DNA of 64,000 bases, taken from Candidatus Micrarchaeia archaeon. Its GTDB lineage: Archaea > Micrarchaeota > Micrarchaeia > Anstonellales > Anstonellaceae. Position numbers and translations under genes: made by a program. Below the pieces are notes generated by a model. It had not been told where the DNA came from and did no database searches. It saw nothing but the letters and a program-made list of their open reading frames with translations. The DNA is taken from assembly GCA_041665945.1 (NCBI GenBank), contig JBAYHU010000002.1, positions 43,350-107,349 of the forward strand. Direction: 5' to 3'. This document shows positions 30,475-39,168 of this stretch, piece by piece; position 1 is the stretch's first letter, and each line of letters starts with the position of its first letter.

Positions 30475-30570
30475 GGAAATTCCCTCCCTTCAGTCTCTGC
30501 GTAACCGCGCGCACATGGCGGCGCGGCGCAAGATATGGTGAATATTAACTGTGATGGCTTGCGCTGGAAT

Positions 30571-30792
30571 TCAAACGACCAGGCGGTAGCACTTGGAGTC
30601 GTCCAGCCTCGTCACTTCGACGATCTGTCCGGGCTTCGCGCCCAATCCGGCAAGCGCCGGATCCTTCGAGAATATCTTCGGAATCTGGTGTTTCGACACC
30701 CTGAAAGTGGAAAGCACTGCCTCCGCGTCCTTCGTGGAGAGGAGCTTGTGCTGCGGGATTAATTCGTGGGTTGGGGCTTCTTTATCGGGCAA
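30571..30792 (-). CDS. rpoH: RNA polymerase subunit Rpo5 (H)
   Basis: HELIPQH, IPKI...DP, YRLVV; TTG start. Confidence 0.95.
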   Translation of the reverse strand: MPDKEAPTHELIPQHKLLSTKDAEAVLSTFRVSKHQIPKIFSKDPALAGLGAKPGQIVEVTRLDDSKCYRLVV

Positions 30793-30922
30793 AGTAACAC
30801 CTAACTTAGCGATACGTACGTGTAGGGCTTGTTATGAAACAAAAGTTTATAAAGGATTCCTAATCAAGAAGGGCTCAGGAGAAACGGAATTTAAACGGCA
30901 CAAAGAAACATAGTGATATTTG

Positions 30923-31888
30923 ATGAGCACCGACAGTAAACCAGAACTAGACGCCTATCCCGGGCTTGTCTCAGACACCTTTTCCAAGATTTTTACCGCA
31001 ATGCGGCAATTTCTGGCTAGCAAGAACATCGTAATAACTCCCGAGTTTACCTTTTTCTTCGCACTAGCCGCGTACATCTTTTTAGATAACGACATAACTA
31101 ATATAGCATCCAAACTAAATACGCCTACAATCGTAATACTGACTCTTGTGGGTCTAAACCTGCTGTGGCCCAACCTCCCACAAATAAAACGCACGATTTT
31201 CAGCACTGATGAAGAAAAATTGAATAAAATACTAAAAATATGCAATGAACAGGAAGCGTTAAGCAAGTTGGGTAATTTTTTAGCAAGTAGTGGAACGGAA
31301 CTAAAAATAACCAAAAAAATATTTTCAAGAAGATTTGCAGATAACTATGAAGCATATGATTTATTTTTCAAGAATGTTAGCATGGATGAAAGCGAGGTTA
31401 ACTACCTAATACAGAGAAGAGTCATAAACAAGCCATTTTTCAACGAATTGTTGATGGAGAATTTTTTGGCTAAAACCCCTTGGACGATTTCTTATTCGAC
31501 CTATCAAAAATTAAAGCAGATCATACGAGAAAGAAACTTCTCTAGCCGCATAAGAAAATTATTCAACTACAGATATTGCAGATATAGTGATGGTTCATTA
31601 AAACAAACTGTTTTGATTCATGAACGAGAAAAAGCATATCTGATAGTCAGAAAATTACTTATGATAATGTTGGCAGCATCGGTCGCGGCGATATACATTT
31701 TTGGCGCAGTTGCGATAATTAGCGCACAGACTCCTCAAAATGCAGCCATGACTACCCAAATAGCCAATGTGGTAGAAGCTTCAGCTGCACTTTTTGCAAT
31801 AGGAATCGCTCTGCTGATCATTATTCATATTGTAAATTGGTTCATGAAACAGTTGTTCCTCCAATTCTTAGTTAAAGATACAATTTAG
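30923..31888 (+). CDS. AT-rich membrane protein (two TM hairpins flanking a soluble core)
   Basis: Long ORF; visibly more AT-rich than its flanks. Confidence 0.75.
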   Translation: MSTDSKPELDAYPGLVSDTFSKIFTAMRQFLASKNIVITPEFTFFFALAAYIFLDNDITNIASKLNTPTIVILTLVGLNLLWPNLPQIKRTIFSTDEEKLNKILKICNEQEALSKLGNFLASSGTELKITKKIFSRRFADNYEAYDLFFKNVSMDESEVNYLIQRRVINKPFFNELLMENFLAKTPWTISYSTYQKLKQIIRERNFSSRIRKLFNYRYCRYSDGSLKQTVLIHEREKAYLIVRKLLMIMLAASVAAIYIFGAVAIISAQTPQNAAMTTQIANVVEASAALFAIGIALLIIIHIVNWFMKQLFLQFLVKDTI

Positions 31889-32002
31889 ACTAAAGAATGA
31901 AACTAAAGGACTACACCAAACGCATTCCGCCCGGTTTAAAAACACTATTGTAGATATTCGACAACAGGTCAAGCCGGTTTTGCAGGCAGGCGGAAAGGCA
32001 CA

Positions 32003-32110
32003 GGAAAATTCGCATTAGAATATACTGGGACTGGCAACTGGGACCATCAGCAACCGGCGATTTGCCGGAAAGCGCGGGAGGCAGGGGAAAATTCGCCCTA
32101 ATATATACTG
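32003..32110 (+). repeat. Imperfect 25-bp direct repeat (21/25) upstream of the MoxR cluster
   Basis: GGAAAATTCGCattAgaATATACTG at 32003 versus GGAAAATTCGCcctAatATATACTG at 32086. Confidence 0.6.
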
Positions 32111-32130
32111 TATATGGAAGGTGTTTTGGA

Positions 32131-32874
32131 ATGCAGGCGCACAACAGGAGAATACTGAACGAGAAATTCACGGGAAAGGTCGCATCACGGCTCGGCCTTT
32201 CCATGGAGCAGGAAGGCAGGCTCAACAGGAAGTTTTACGCTTACCACGATTTGGTGCACCCGCGCCTGAAGAAGGAGCCGACCGCGATTGACGGATGGAA
32301 ATTCATCGCAAGCGGGATGGAAAACCATGCGCCTGCGCAGCCGCACGCCGAAAACGCCCAGTTCGAGCATCTTGAGAAGGCGAAGCTGGAATTGGCTGAC
32401 GAGCTTCTCGCCATCTTAAAGGAAGCCCCGGCGAGAATCAAGGATACGAAGCTCGGGATAATCAGCGCGACTTCCGGCTTTTCCCTCGCCATAATCGGGC
32501 TTGAGGACCTTCTTGGCAAGCAGGCAGTCCGCCTGAAGCTCGACACCGCGGCAATTGCGCCGGCGGCTGAGAAAGCCGAGGGGCTCAAGAAATTCTTCAA
32601 GGGGAAGACTGCGAAACTCACGCTCGGCTCGCTTGCGGCAGGCGTGGCGGCGTTCGGAACAGGGACCGTAATCGCGATATTGCAATCCATTCCCGAGCCG
32701 GTGCCCGCAATCATGGCGGCGGGATACATTGCACTTGGCGCAATCCTCTCGGTACTGGTCGCAGTAAGGTCAAAGCATATCTACCACTCGTCAATGTTTT
32801 TGGCTTACAACCGGCAGGCAAAGGAGGCGCAAGAGGCGCAGAAGCAGGAAGGGAACACGGGAAGCAAGAATTAG
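32131..32874 (+). CDS. Hypothetical protein with C-terminal TM hairpin
   Basis: SD GAAGGTG; two hydrophobic helices near the C-terminus. Confidence 0.75.
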   Translation: MQAHNRRILNEKFTGKVASRLGLSMEQEGRLNRKFYAYHDLVHPRLKKEPTAIDGWKFIASGMENHAPAQPHAENAQFEHLEKAKLELADELLAILKEAPARIKDTKLGIISATSGFSLAIIGLEDLLGKQAVRLKLDTAAIAPAAEKAEGLKKFFKGKTAKLTLGSLAAGVAAFGTGTVIAILQSIPEPVPAIMAAGYIALGAILSVLVAVRSKHIYHSSMFLAYNRQAKEAQEAQKQEGNTGSKN

Positions 32875-32950
32875 GATTTGACCTGCGGCATCCTGCGCAT
32901 TGCGCGCGGGCTTGCCCGATAAGGAGAACAAACAGCAGGAGCTGGTATAT

Positions 32951-34351
32951 ATGGCAGAACAGAAAACCGCGCAGCTGCGCGAGAAAGTCGTGTCCAAGAT
33001 AATCACGGTGTCGCGGAGGTTCCACTACGAGCCGCTCACGTCAGACCTTGACGAGAGGATGCCGCTTCCGAAAAACATCTCGCTCATGGCGCTGTCCTAC
33101 CTTCTCGACGGCAACCACCTCATCAAGGGCGACCCGGGATTCGGGAAAAGCACGGGCGCGAAGATAATCTCCTCGGTATTCGGCGGCGTGCCGTACGACT
33201 TGTACCACAGCCTCGAGCTTCAGGGGCATTCCGGGCAGGTGAAGGAGCACGCGGTCGGAAGGCTGGATTTCTCCACCGAATCCGCGGGCGAGAACATGAT
33301 TTGGATGGGCACGATTGCGCTGCCCGTCCTCCACGTGGACGAGGGCAACCGCCTTCCCCCGGAAACGCAGGGCGGCATATTGCAGGGGCTTGAGACCAAG
33401 CGCTGGAACTATTCCGGCAACCACACGTATTACGCCGGGCCCAAGCCCGCGTTCATCACGGTCAATTACCACGACGAGGGGACGGAACGCTTCCTACCCC
33501 CGCTTCTGGACAGGATGGACATAGTCACCGAAAACCAGTACACCGGCAGGAACAACTTCATCACCAACATGACCTACGAGCTTGCGAAAAGCGAGCGGCG
33601 CAGGCTGCTTCGCGACGATGCGATAACCAACGAGGCGATGAAGAAGCTCAACAAGAAGGGCATCGAGGAATTCGTGAAATACTGCAAGGAAAACCGCCTG
33701 AAAATGGTCGGGAAGATAACGGATGAGGAAAAGGCGGAAATATTCGCGCAGATAGACGCGGTGAGCGTTTCCAAAAAGGGCGCGGGCGGCTCGCTCGTGT
33801 CGGGCAACGACGCGCTATTGTTCCTCTCGGCATTCGACGCGGAAATCAACTGGTCGGAAAAATACGGTTCCAAGCGCTCGGCAGACACGATAAGCGACCA
33901 CAGCCACGACAGGAAATACATCGGGGTGGATGTGAAGGGCGGGTTCTCCCCGCGCTCGCTTGTCGCAGCCCTGCGCTATGCAAAGGGAGTGGCGTGGCTT
34001 TCGGGAAGGGACGAGCTTGACATCAGGGACGTCGTTGCCGTGCTTCCGCACGCAATCGCGCACAAGACCGCGTTCTCGGAGAAATTTGTGAAGGACGCCG
34101 AGGGCAGAAACGAGATGCTGGAGCTTGCGCTCGCGAGGAAGCTCGTGGGCAAGGCGCTTGAAAATTACAGGAAAGCCGCAGACGGAATCAAGGGGCTGCT
34201 TGCCAAGATACAGGAGGCGCCGCAGGAAATAATGAAGTTCGACATCGGCAAGTACGACCACCCGCTCCAAAAGTCGCTCATCTCCACTGTGAAGGACGAA
34301 TTCTCCAAGCACGAATCGTACGGCGATACCGGGCTTGAGGAAACGGTCTGA
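32951..34351 (+). CDS. MoxR-family AAA+ ATPase
   Basis: Walker A GDPGFGKS, Walker B LHVDEGNR, ITVN, PPLLDR, SPRS, LPH...H. Confidence 0.9.
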   Translation: MAEQKTAQLREKVVSKIITVSRRFHYEPLTSDLDERMPLPKNISLMALSYLLDGNHLIKGDPGFGKSTGAKIISSVFGGVPYDLYHSLELQGHSGQVKEHAVGRLDFSTESAGENMIWMGTIALPVLHVDEGNRLPPETQGGILQGLETKRWNYSGNHTYYAGPKPAFITVNYHDEGTERFLPPLLDRMDIVTENQYTGRNNFITNMTYELAKSERRRLLRDDAITNEAMKKLNKKGIEEFVKYCKENRLKMVGKITDEEKAEIFAQIDAVSVSKKGAGGSLVSGNDALLFLSAFDAEINWSEKYGSKRSADTISDHSHDRKYIGVDVKGGFSPRSLVAALRYAKGVAWLSGRDELDIRDVVAVLPHAIAHKTAFSEKFVKDAEGRNEMLELALARKLVGKALENYRKAADGIKGLLAKIQEAPQEIMKFDIGKYDHPLQKSLISTVKDEFSKHESYGDTGLEETV

Positions 34352-34384
34352 GCCCTGCGCGGGCATTTGCAAACGGGTGCGCTG

Positions 34385-36289
34385 ATGAAATTCCTCTGGA
34401 AAAAGCAGGATGGCGTCGAACGCGGAAACGCGGGCAGCGGCGGCGCGGGCTTTTTCAAAAGGCAGATGCAGGAAAAGCCGCAGATCGAGGTGGAAAAATT
34501 CCTCTGGCAGTGGGAACTCTGCCGCGCGCTTTTCCACTCGCCGGTGCTTTCCGCGCCAAAAATGGGCGCCCCTCCCCTCGGATTTTCAGGCGCGCACCAC
34601 GACATCGCCACTGGCGAGACTTGGGTGGATGCTGAAGCGGCGCGCGGGCTTTCGGACGCCACCGGCTGCCAGTTCGAATCCGTCCTCTCAGGGCTCATGA
34701 TACGGCAGATTTCAAGCTACATGGATTTCCCGAAAAGCCTCTCAAACGCACTCATCCTCGAAAAGATGATTCTTGACTTCTGCAAGGGGGACGAGGCGAG
34801 GAACCCGGAATTTTTGCGTTTTGTTTCAATGGCATTCTCCGCGCTTGCCGCCGACGCATGCTCGGTCCTTGACCCGGAAAAGGCAAGGCACGCACTTGAG
34901 CTTCGCAGGGCAATGGCAGCGGCGAACCCCGGCGACTTGCGCCTCCAGCTGGAATACGCCTATTTGCAGTCGCAGGCAAGGCAGGACGTGAAGCCGCCCG
35001 CAGGGCTGGAGCGCGAATTTGAGAAGCTGCACACCGTTGACTTTTCCGCCGCGGGGGAAAACCACGAGGAGATGCGCCGCGCGCTGATGATATGGATGGA
35101 AATCGCGCGAAGCGTTTCGGCGCAGGAATTTTCCATGCCCGGGCGGCGGGGATTCGGGAAGGGGGCCGGCTCGAGGAAAGGATGGGGCGCTGGCAGGATG
35201 GAAGTTGTTGACTCGGACCACTCACAGTCCATTTCGCAGGCAAGCGGGCACAATCTTTCGCAGGCGCTTGCGCAGGCGGCGTCGCGCCTCTCGCGGCAGG
35301 AATTCGAAAAGGTGAGGAAAATCGCCGGCGAGATGAAAGGCGAGGGCGGCGGCGGGCATGGCGCGCAGGGAATCGGGCTGGATGAGTCGTTCAGCGGGCT
35401 TGACGTGGATGCGTCCACGGTCGAATATTATCTCACGCTCGTCAGGAATTATCCGCTGGTAATCGGCAGGGTGCCGATTGAAACCAACGGCATGCGAGAT
35501 GTCTACAAGGGGACCGAGAGGTTCACGGCTGGCTCGCCCCCGCACAGGGCAATGCCGTTCACCTCGGGCGGGAAAATACTGCCCGGAATCACGAGGATGA
35601 CCGGAATCGGAAAGAGGCACAGAAGGACCCTTGACTACGAGGTGCCAAACGCGCTGATATTGATAGACTCAAGCGACACCATGCCCGACCCGGCAACCCA
35701 AAAGTCCGCGCCGGTGGCTGCGGGGATTTCCACTGCTATTTCCTACCTCAACATGGGCGGGGAAGTGGGCGTCCTCAATTTCGGGCCGAAAAGCTGCTAT
35801 CTCCCCTTCGGGCGGGATGAAGGGCGGATATTCCTGTCCATCGTGGCAAAGCAGCACGGCGGCACGCGGATAGACGTCGGCATCGTGAAGCAGATGCTTG
35901 AGGCGCAGGGCAGCGGGCATCTTATCGAAGGCGGGCTGGACATTTCGTGCGTGCTTTCTGACCCGGCATTCGAAAAAATTGCGGCCGAGGCGGCGAAGAA
36001 GGAAGTGTCAGTTTCGACCGACGCGATAAGCCGCATTTCCGGCGCAAAGCCGGTTGACCTGTTCATATTCTCGGACATGAAGATATCCAACCTCTCCGAG
36101 CTTTTGGGGCTGGTCGAGGAGAGGGAGGGCGTGAACCGCGCCACGATAATAACAAATTCGGGCATCAGCGCGGAGGAACTCGGCGTTTCTGAGAAAATAC
36201 GCGTCTATTCCAACGTGAATGACGTGGAGCAAAGCGTGCAGATTGCGGTTGGCGAAGCCCGCAGGGCAATGGGGAACAACGGCGAGTAA
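34385..36289 (+). CDS. VWA-domain protein (MoxR partner)
   Basis: LILIDSSDTM (variant MIDAS), VLNF, HGGT, FIFSD; Gly-rich linker. Confidence 0.85.
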   Translation: MKFLWKKQDGVERGNAGSGGAGFFKRQMQEKPQIEVEKFLWQWELCRALFHSPVLSAPKMGAPPLGFSGAHHDIATGETWVDAEAARGLSDATGCQFESVLSGLMIRQISSYMDFPKSLSNALILEKMILDFCKGDEARNPEFLRFVSMAFSALAADACSVLDPEKARHALELRRAMAAANPGDLRLQLEYAYLQSQARQDVKPPAGLEREFEKLHTVDFSAAGENHEEMRRALMIWMEIARSVSAQEFSMPGRRGFGKGAGSRKGWGAGRMEVVDSDHSQSISQASGHNLSQALAQAASRLSRQEFEKVRKIAGEMKGEGGGGHGAQGIGLDESFSGLDVDASTVEYYLTLVRNYPLVIGRVPIETNGMRDVYKGTERFTAGSPPHRAMPFTSGGKILPGITRMTGIGKRHRRTLDYEVPNALILIDSSDTMPDPATQKSAPVAAGISTAISYLNMGGEVGVLNFGPKSCYLPFGRDEGRIFLSIVAKQHGGTRIDVGIVKQMLEAQGSGHLIEGGLDISCVLSDPAFEKIAAEAAKKEVSVSTDAISRISGAKPVDLFIFSDMKISNLSELLGLVEEREGVNRATIITNSGISAEELGVSEKIRVYSNVNDVEQSVQIAVGEARRAMGNNGE

Positions 36290-36290
36290 G

Positions 36291-37124
36291 ATGGTATCCA
36301 TGGAGCAGAAAAAAATCGATGGGGAAAAACAGCAGGCTGGCGGAAGCCCTGCGAAGCGCGCCTTCTCCCTTGCCGGGCTTTTCTCAAAACAGCAGCCAAT
36401 CGCCGAGAAACTCGCCCCGCTTGTGAAGGTGAACGAGCGCGTGCGCGAGATGGATGATGCGCTTGACGCAGCGCTTGCGGCAAAATCATACTATACCGCT
36501 GAGCGCAAGGAGGCGCTTGCGAAGATAGCCGGCATGGGGCACACTGCGGAGGACATTGCGGAATTCGCGCTTTCGCTTGGCAAATACCAGGGCAGGAAAA
36601 ATTTCGCAAACAGGGCGGGGCTTTTCCTCTCCGAGCTTTGCAATTCTTGCGCCGACAGGGCAATCACGCTGCACCTCTCGCACCTTGACACGCCGATAAA
36701 CTACCTCGGCTTCCGCAACCGCAAGGAGCTCACAGTAATCGGCAACGCAGGCAGCCACTTCGGGCAGGAAAACGAGGATGGCTCGCTTTCCCTTGAGGGG
36801 AACGCGGGCAGCTTCGCGTTCTTGCGCATGCGGGGCGGCAGCGCGAAAATCACCGGAAGCGCGCTTGACTATGCGTGCGAGGAGATGGAAAACGGGAAGG
36901 CGTCCATAGGCGGCAACGCGCGCCACCATGCAGGCAGGATGATGAGGGGCGGGCAGGCGCTTTTCAACAGGGACGTCGGCGACGCCGCGTTCGAGGAGAT
37001 GAGCGGCGGGAATGCGATAGTCCATGGGCTGGCCGGCGAAAATCCCGGGCGCGGAAGGGTTGGCGGGCACCTGACGATATACAGGAATGCGTGGAACAAC
37101 GGCAGGGCGCAGCACGGGCAATAG
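36291..37124 (+). CDS. GXGXG beta-helix protein (GltB C-terminal/FwdC-like repeats)
   Basis: Repeats GNAGS..G..M.GG...I; GLFLSEL.N segment. Confidence 0.8.
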   Translation: MVSMEQKKIDGEKQQAGGSPAKRAFSLAGLFSKQQPIAEKLAPLVKVNERVREMDDALDAALAAKSYYTAERKEALAKIAGMGHTAEDIAEFALSLGKYQGRKNFANRAGLFLSELCNSCADRAITLHLSHLDTPINYLGFRNRKELTVIGNAGSHFGQENEDGSLSLEGNAGSFAFLRMRGGSAKITGSALDYACEEMENGKASIGGNARHHAGRMMRGGQALFNRDVGDAAFEEMSGGNAIVHGLAGENPGRGRVGGHLTIYRNAWNNGRAQHGQ

Positions 37125-37173
37125 CGGTTTTTATTCGTTTTATATCAGACAAGGGCACATCGGGAATGGTTGC

Positions 37174-37956
37174 ATGGATTTCAGGCTCTGGAAAAAACCC
37201 GAAGGGAACAAAAAGTCGCCGCTATTGGAAATAATCTGCCCGCGGGCGCACAACCTGAAGTTCCCGGAAATGGAAGTGGCAATCAAAAAAGCGGTCGGGC
37301 ACGCGAAGCGAAAGATGGACTCGGACGGGGCGCCCGCAGCCGCGATACTGTTTTCCGAAGGGGAGAATTTCCGCTTCACGATAACGCAGGAGGAGGGGGC
37401 AATCTACGCGGAGAGGGTGCAAAAGCTGCTCCCCAACGGCTATTTCATCTCAGTCGCATTCAACCTTCTTGAAAGCAGCGAGCCGGACGGCGGCTACAAC
37501 GGCTGCAACAACGGCTACCTCGTTTCGCGGGAGCAGGTGCTGCACTCGCCGAAAAGGAACCTGACAACGTTCGAAAAGGATGTCGTCGGGAACATCCTCC
37601 TGCCGGAATTCCAAAAAAATTGGGAGGCGCGAACGCGGGAACTCGAGGAGAAGGGCGAGCTGTTCGGCAGCATTGATTTCGGGTTCGACCAGAGGATGGA
37701 GCACAGGATTTGCGCGGATGTGTGCCAGTCGCCGATATATTTCGAGCCGCAGACAATCACGCTTGTTTCGGCAGGCGGCAACCAGGTCTCGTATTACAAC
37801 AGGCTGGCGGGAAACCGGATGGCGGTTGTCACCAACGACTCGACAAAGCCCGAGCCCGTGGTCTATAAGCGGGAGGGCACGGTTTGGGGCATAAAGGCGC
37901 TGGAGGGGTTCCACATGCTGTCCGTGTTCGAAAATCCGGCTAATCCGCAACTTTGA
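37174..37956 (+). CDS. Divergent carbon-nitrogen hydrolase (nitrilase fold)
   Basis: E-K-C triad motifs in order: ILFSEG, NNGYL..SPKRNL..FE, RICAD. Confidence 0.65.
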   Translation: MDFRLWKKPEGNKKSPLLEIICPRAHNLKFPEMEVAIKKAVGHAKRKMDSDGAPAAAILFSEGENFRFTITQEEGAIYAERVQKLLPNGYFISVAFNLLESSEPDGGYNGCNNGYLVSREQVLHSPKRNLTTFEKDVVGNILLPEFQKNWEARTRELEEKGELFGSIDFGFDQRMEHRICADVCQSPIYFEPQTITLVSAGGNQVSYYNRLAGNRMAVVTNDSTKPEPVVYKREGTVWGIKALEGFHMLSVFENPANPQL

Positions 37957-38335
37957 ATTCCGCTTTCTTGCTGTTTGAGAAGTAGCATGCCACGTCTTTC
38001 ATCCCGTAGGGCGCGGCTGCGATGAAGTTTATTCCTCCTTTTTTCGAAAAAAGCCGCAAATCCTGCCGCGAGGGGAGTATGTTGCCGTTCGGGTGCGAGT
38101 GGAAGCTCCCGACAACGCCGTCAAGCAGGGGCATCATCCAGTCGTCGAACATGGACGCGCCCCTTGACACGGAAATGCCGGGCGGGATGATCGTGCCATC
38201 TATTACTATATTAGTAGTGTTATCCGCGCCATCCTCGCGCTCACCAGTAAGAAGGCAGATGAACTCGTTTGGGTAAGCCGCCTTCGCGCCGGCGAGCGCG
38301 GAGAGCAGGGCTTGCCTCTTGATGATGATTTCCAT
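37940..38335 (-). CDS. JAMM/MPN+ metalloprotease
   Basis: PNEFICLL...FHSHP....PS..D. Confidence 0.92.
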   Translation of the reverse strand: MEIIIKRQALLSALAGAKAAYPNEFICLLTGEREDGADNTTNIVIDGTIIPPGISVSRGASMFDDWMMPLLDGVVGSFHSHPNGNILPSRQDLRLFSKKGGINFIAAAPYGMKDVACYFSNSKKAEFKVAD

Positions 38336-38443
38336 AAACATGAACCACGTGAATGTTTTGGAAAGCCGGTGCGACAGCACCAGATTGCCATGATGGGATT
38401 TCCGCGCCAACAATTAAGAAGAGCATGACGCAGAAGAAGCTTC

Positions 38444-38509
38444 GCAGATGATGACGGATGTGATCTCCGAGGCGAAATCGCCGTTGACGAAAGACGGACG
38501 GTCTGATGC
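38444..38509 (+). ncRNA. Box C/D 2'-O-methylation guide sRNA
   Basis: C ATGATGA 38448-54, 12-nt guide, D' CCGA 38467-70, GGCG/CGCC stem, C' TTGACGA 38484-90, 12-nt guide, D CTGA 38503-06, GCA/TGC terminal stem. Confidence 0.8.
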
Positions 38510-38630
38510 ACAAATGCGAAGCATTTGGGCAGTATTTGTCCGAAGGACAAATCTGATGCAAAAAATGGAATTTTTTGCAGACTTTGTCTCGCAAGGCAAA
38601 GCTGATGCACGAAAGCTGAAACTGATGCGA
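38503..38630. repeat. Tandem ~50-bp double-hairpin units delimited by CTGATGC
   Basis: CTGATGC at 38503, 38553, 38602, 38622 with four hairpins between the first three copies. Confidence 0.7.
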
Positions 38631-38656
38631 AAAACACGGGACAGACGGCGAGGCAC

Positions 38657-39094
38657 ATGGCAGACGGGCAAACCTATTTCATAATCCTGCTGATTCTGCC
38701 CATGTTGCTGAATTTCGCATTCCCCGCCCCGGCAATCGTTTATGCCCCGTACACGTATTTCGGGATAATTCCCATCGGCTTTGGAATAGCCATCGCCCTT
38801 TGGAGCCGCTCGTTGTTTGTGAAGAGCAGGACAACGCTGTCGCCGCATGAAACGCCCACCTCGCTTTTGACCTCCGGCCCCTTTCGCATAAGCCGCAATC
38901 CGATATATCTTGGAATGGCGGCCATGCTGTTGGGCAGCGCCGTATTGCTTGGGACGCCGGTTGCTTTCGCATCCCCTGCCTTATTTGTCATCATAATTGA
39001 AACCCTGCTCATACCCGGCGAGGAGAGGAAGATGGAAAAAATATTCGGGGACAGGTACAGGAAGTACAAGGGCAGCGTACGGCAGTGGATATGA
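38657..39094 (+). CDS. Isoprenylcysteine carboxyl methyltransferase (ICMT/PEMT) family protein
   Basis: L.TSGPFRISRNPIYLG, EE..M..IFG..Y..Y...VRQWI. Confidence 0.9.
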   Translation: MADGQTYFIILLILPMLLNFAFPAPAIVYAPYTYFGIIPIGFGIAIALWSRSLFVKSRTTLSPHETPTSLLTSGPFRISRNPIYLGMAAMLLGSAVLLGTPVAFASPALFVIIIETLLIPGEERKMEKIFGDRYRKYKGSVRQWI

Positions 39095-39168
39095 ACCGGA
39101 ACCCGGATGCGCCCGCGACCAACGGATACGTAAAGCGTATTTTATTGTTTTGCAGAGGCAAGAATCGC

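Noticed and set aside
36291-37124. Call as fwdC or glutamate synthase
   Set aside because: Only the beta-helix repeats are shared; no partner subunits or catalytic domains are present
38503-38630. Hammerhead ribozyme or CRISPR interpretation of the CTGATGC repeats
   Set aside because: The core is CUGAUGC rather than CUGANGA with a correctly placed GAAA and stems; repeats are only 7-8 bp, the spacers are homologous hairpins, and no cas genes are present
38414-38848. ORFs 38414..38848 (-) and 38448..38684 (+)
   Set aside because: They overlap the C/D sRNA, the hairpins and the ICMT gene; no protein-like features
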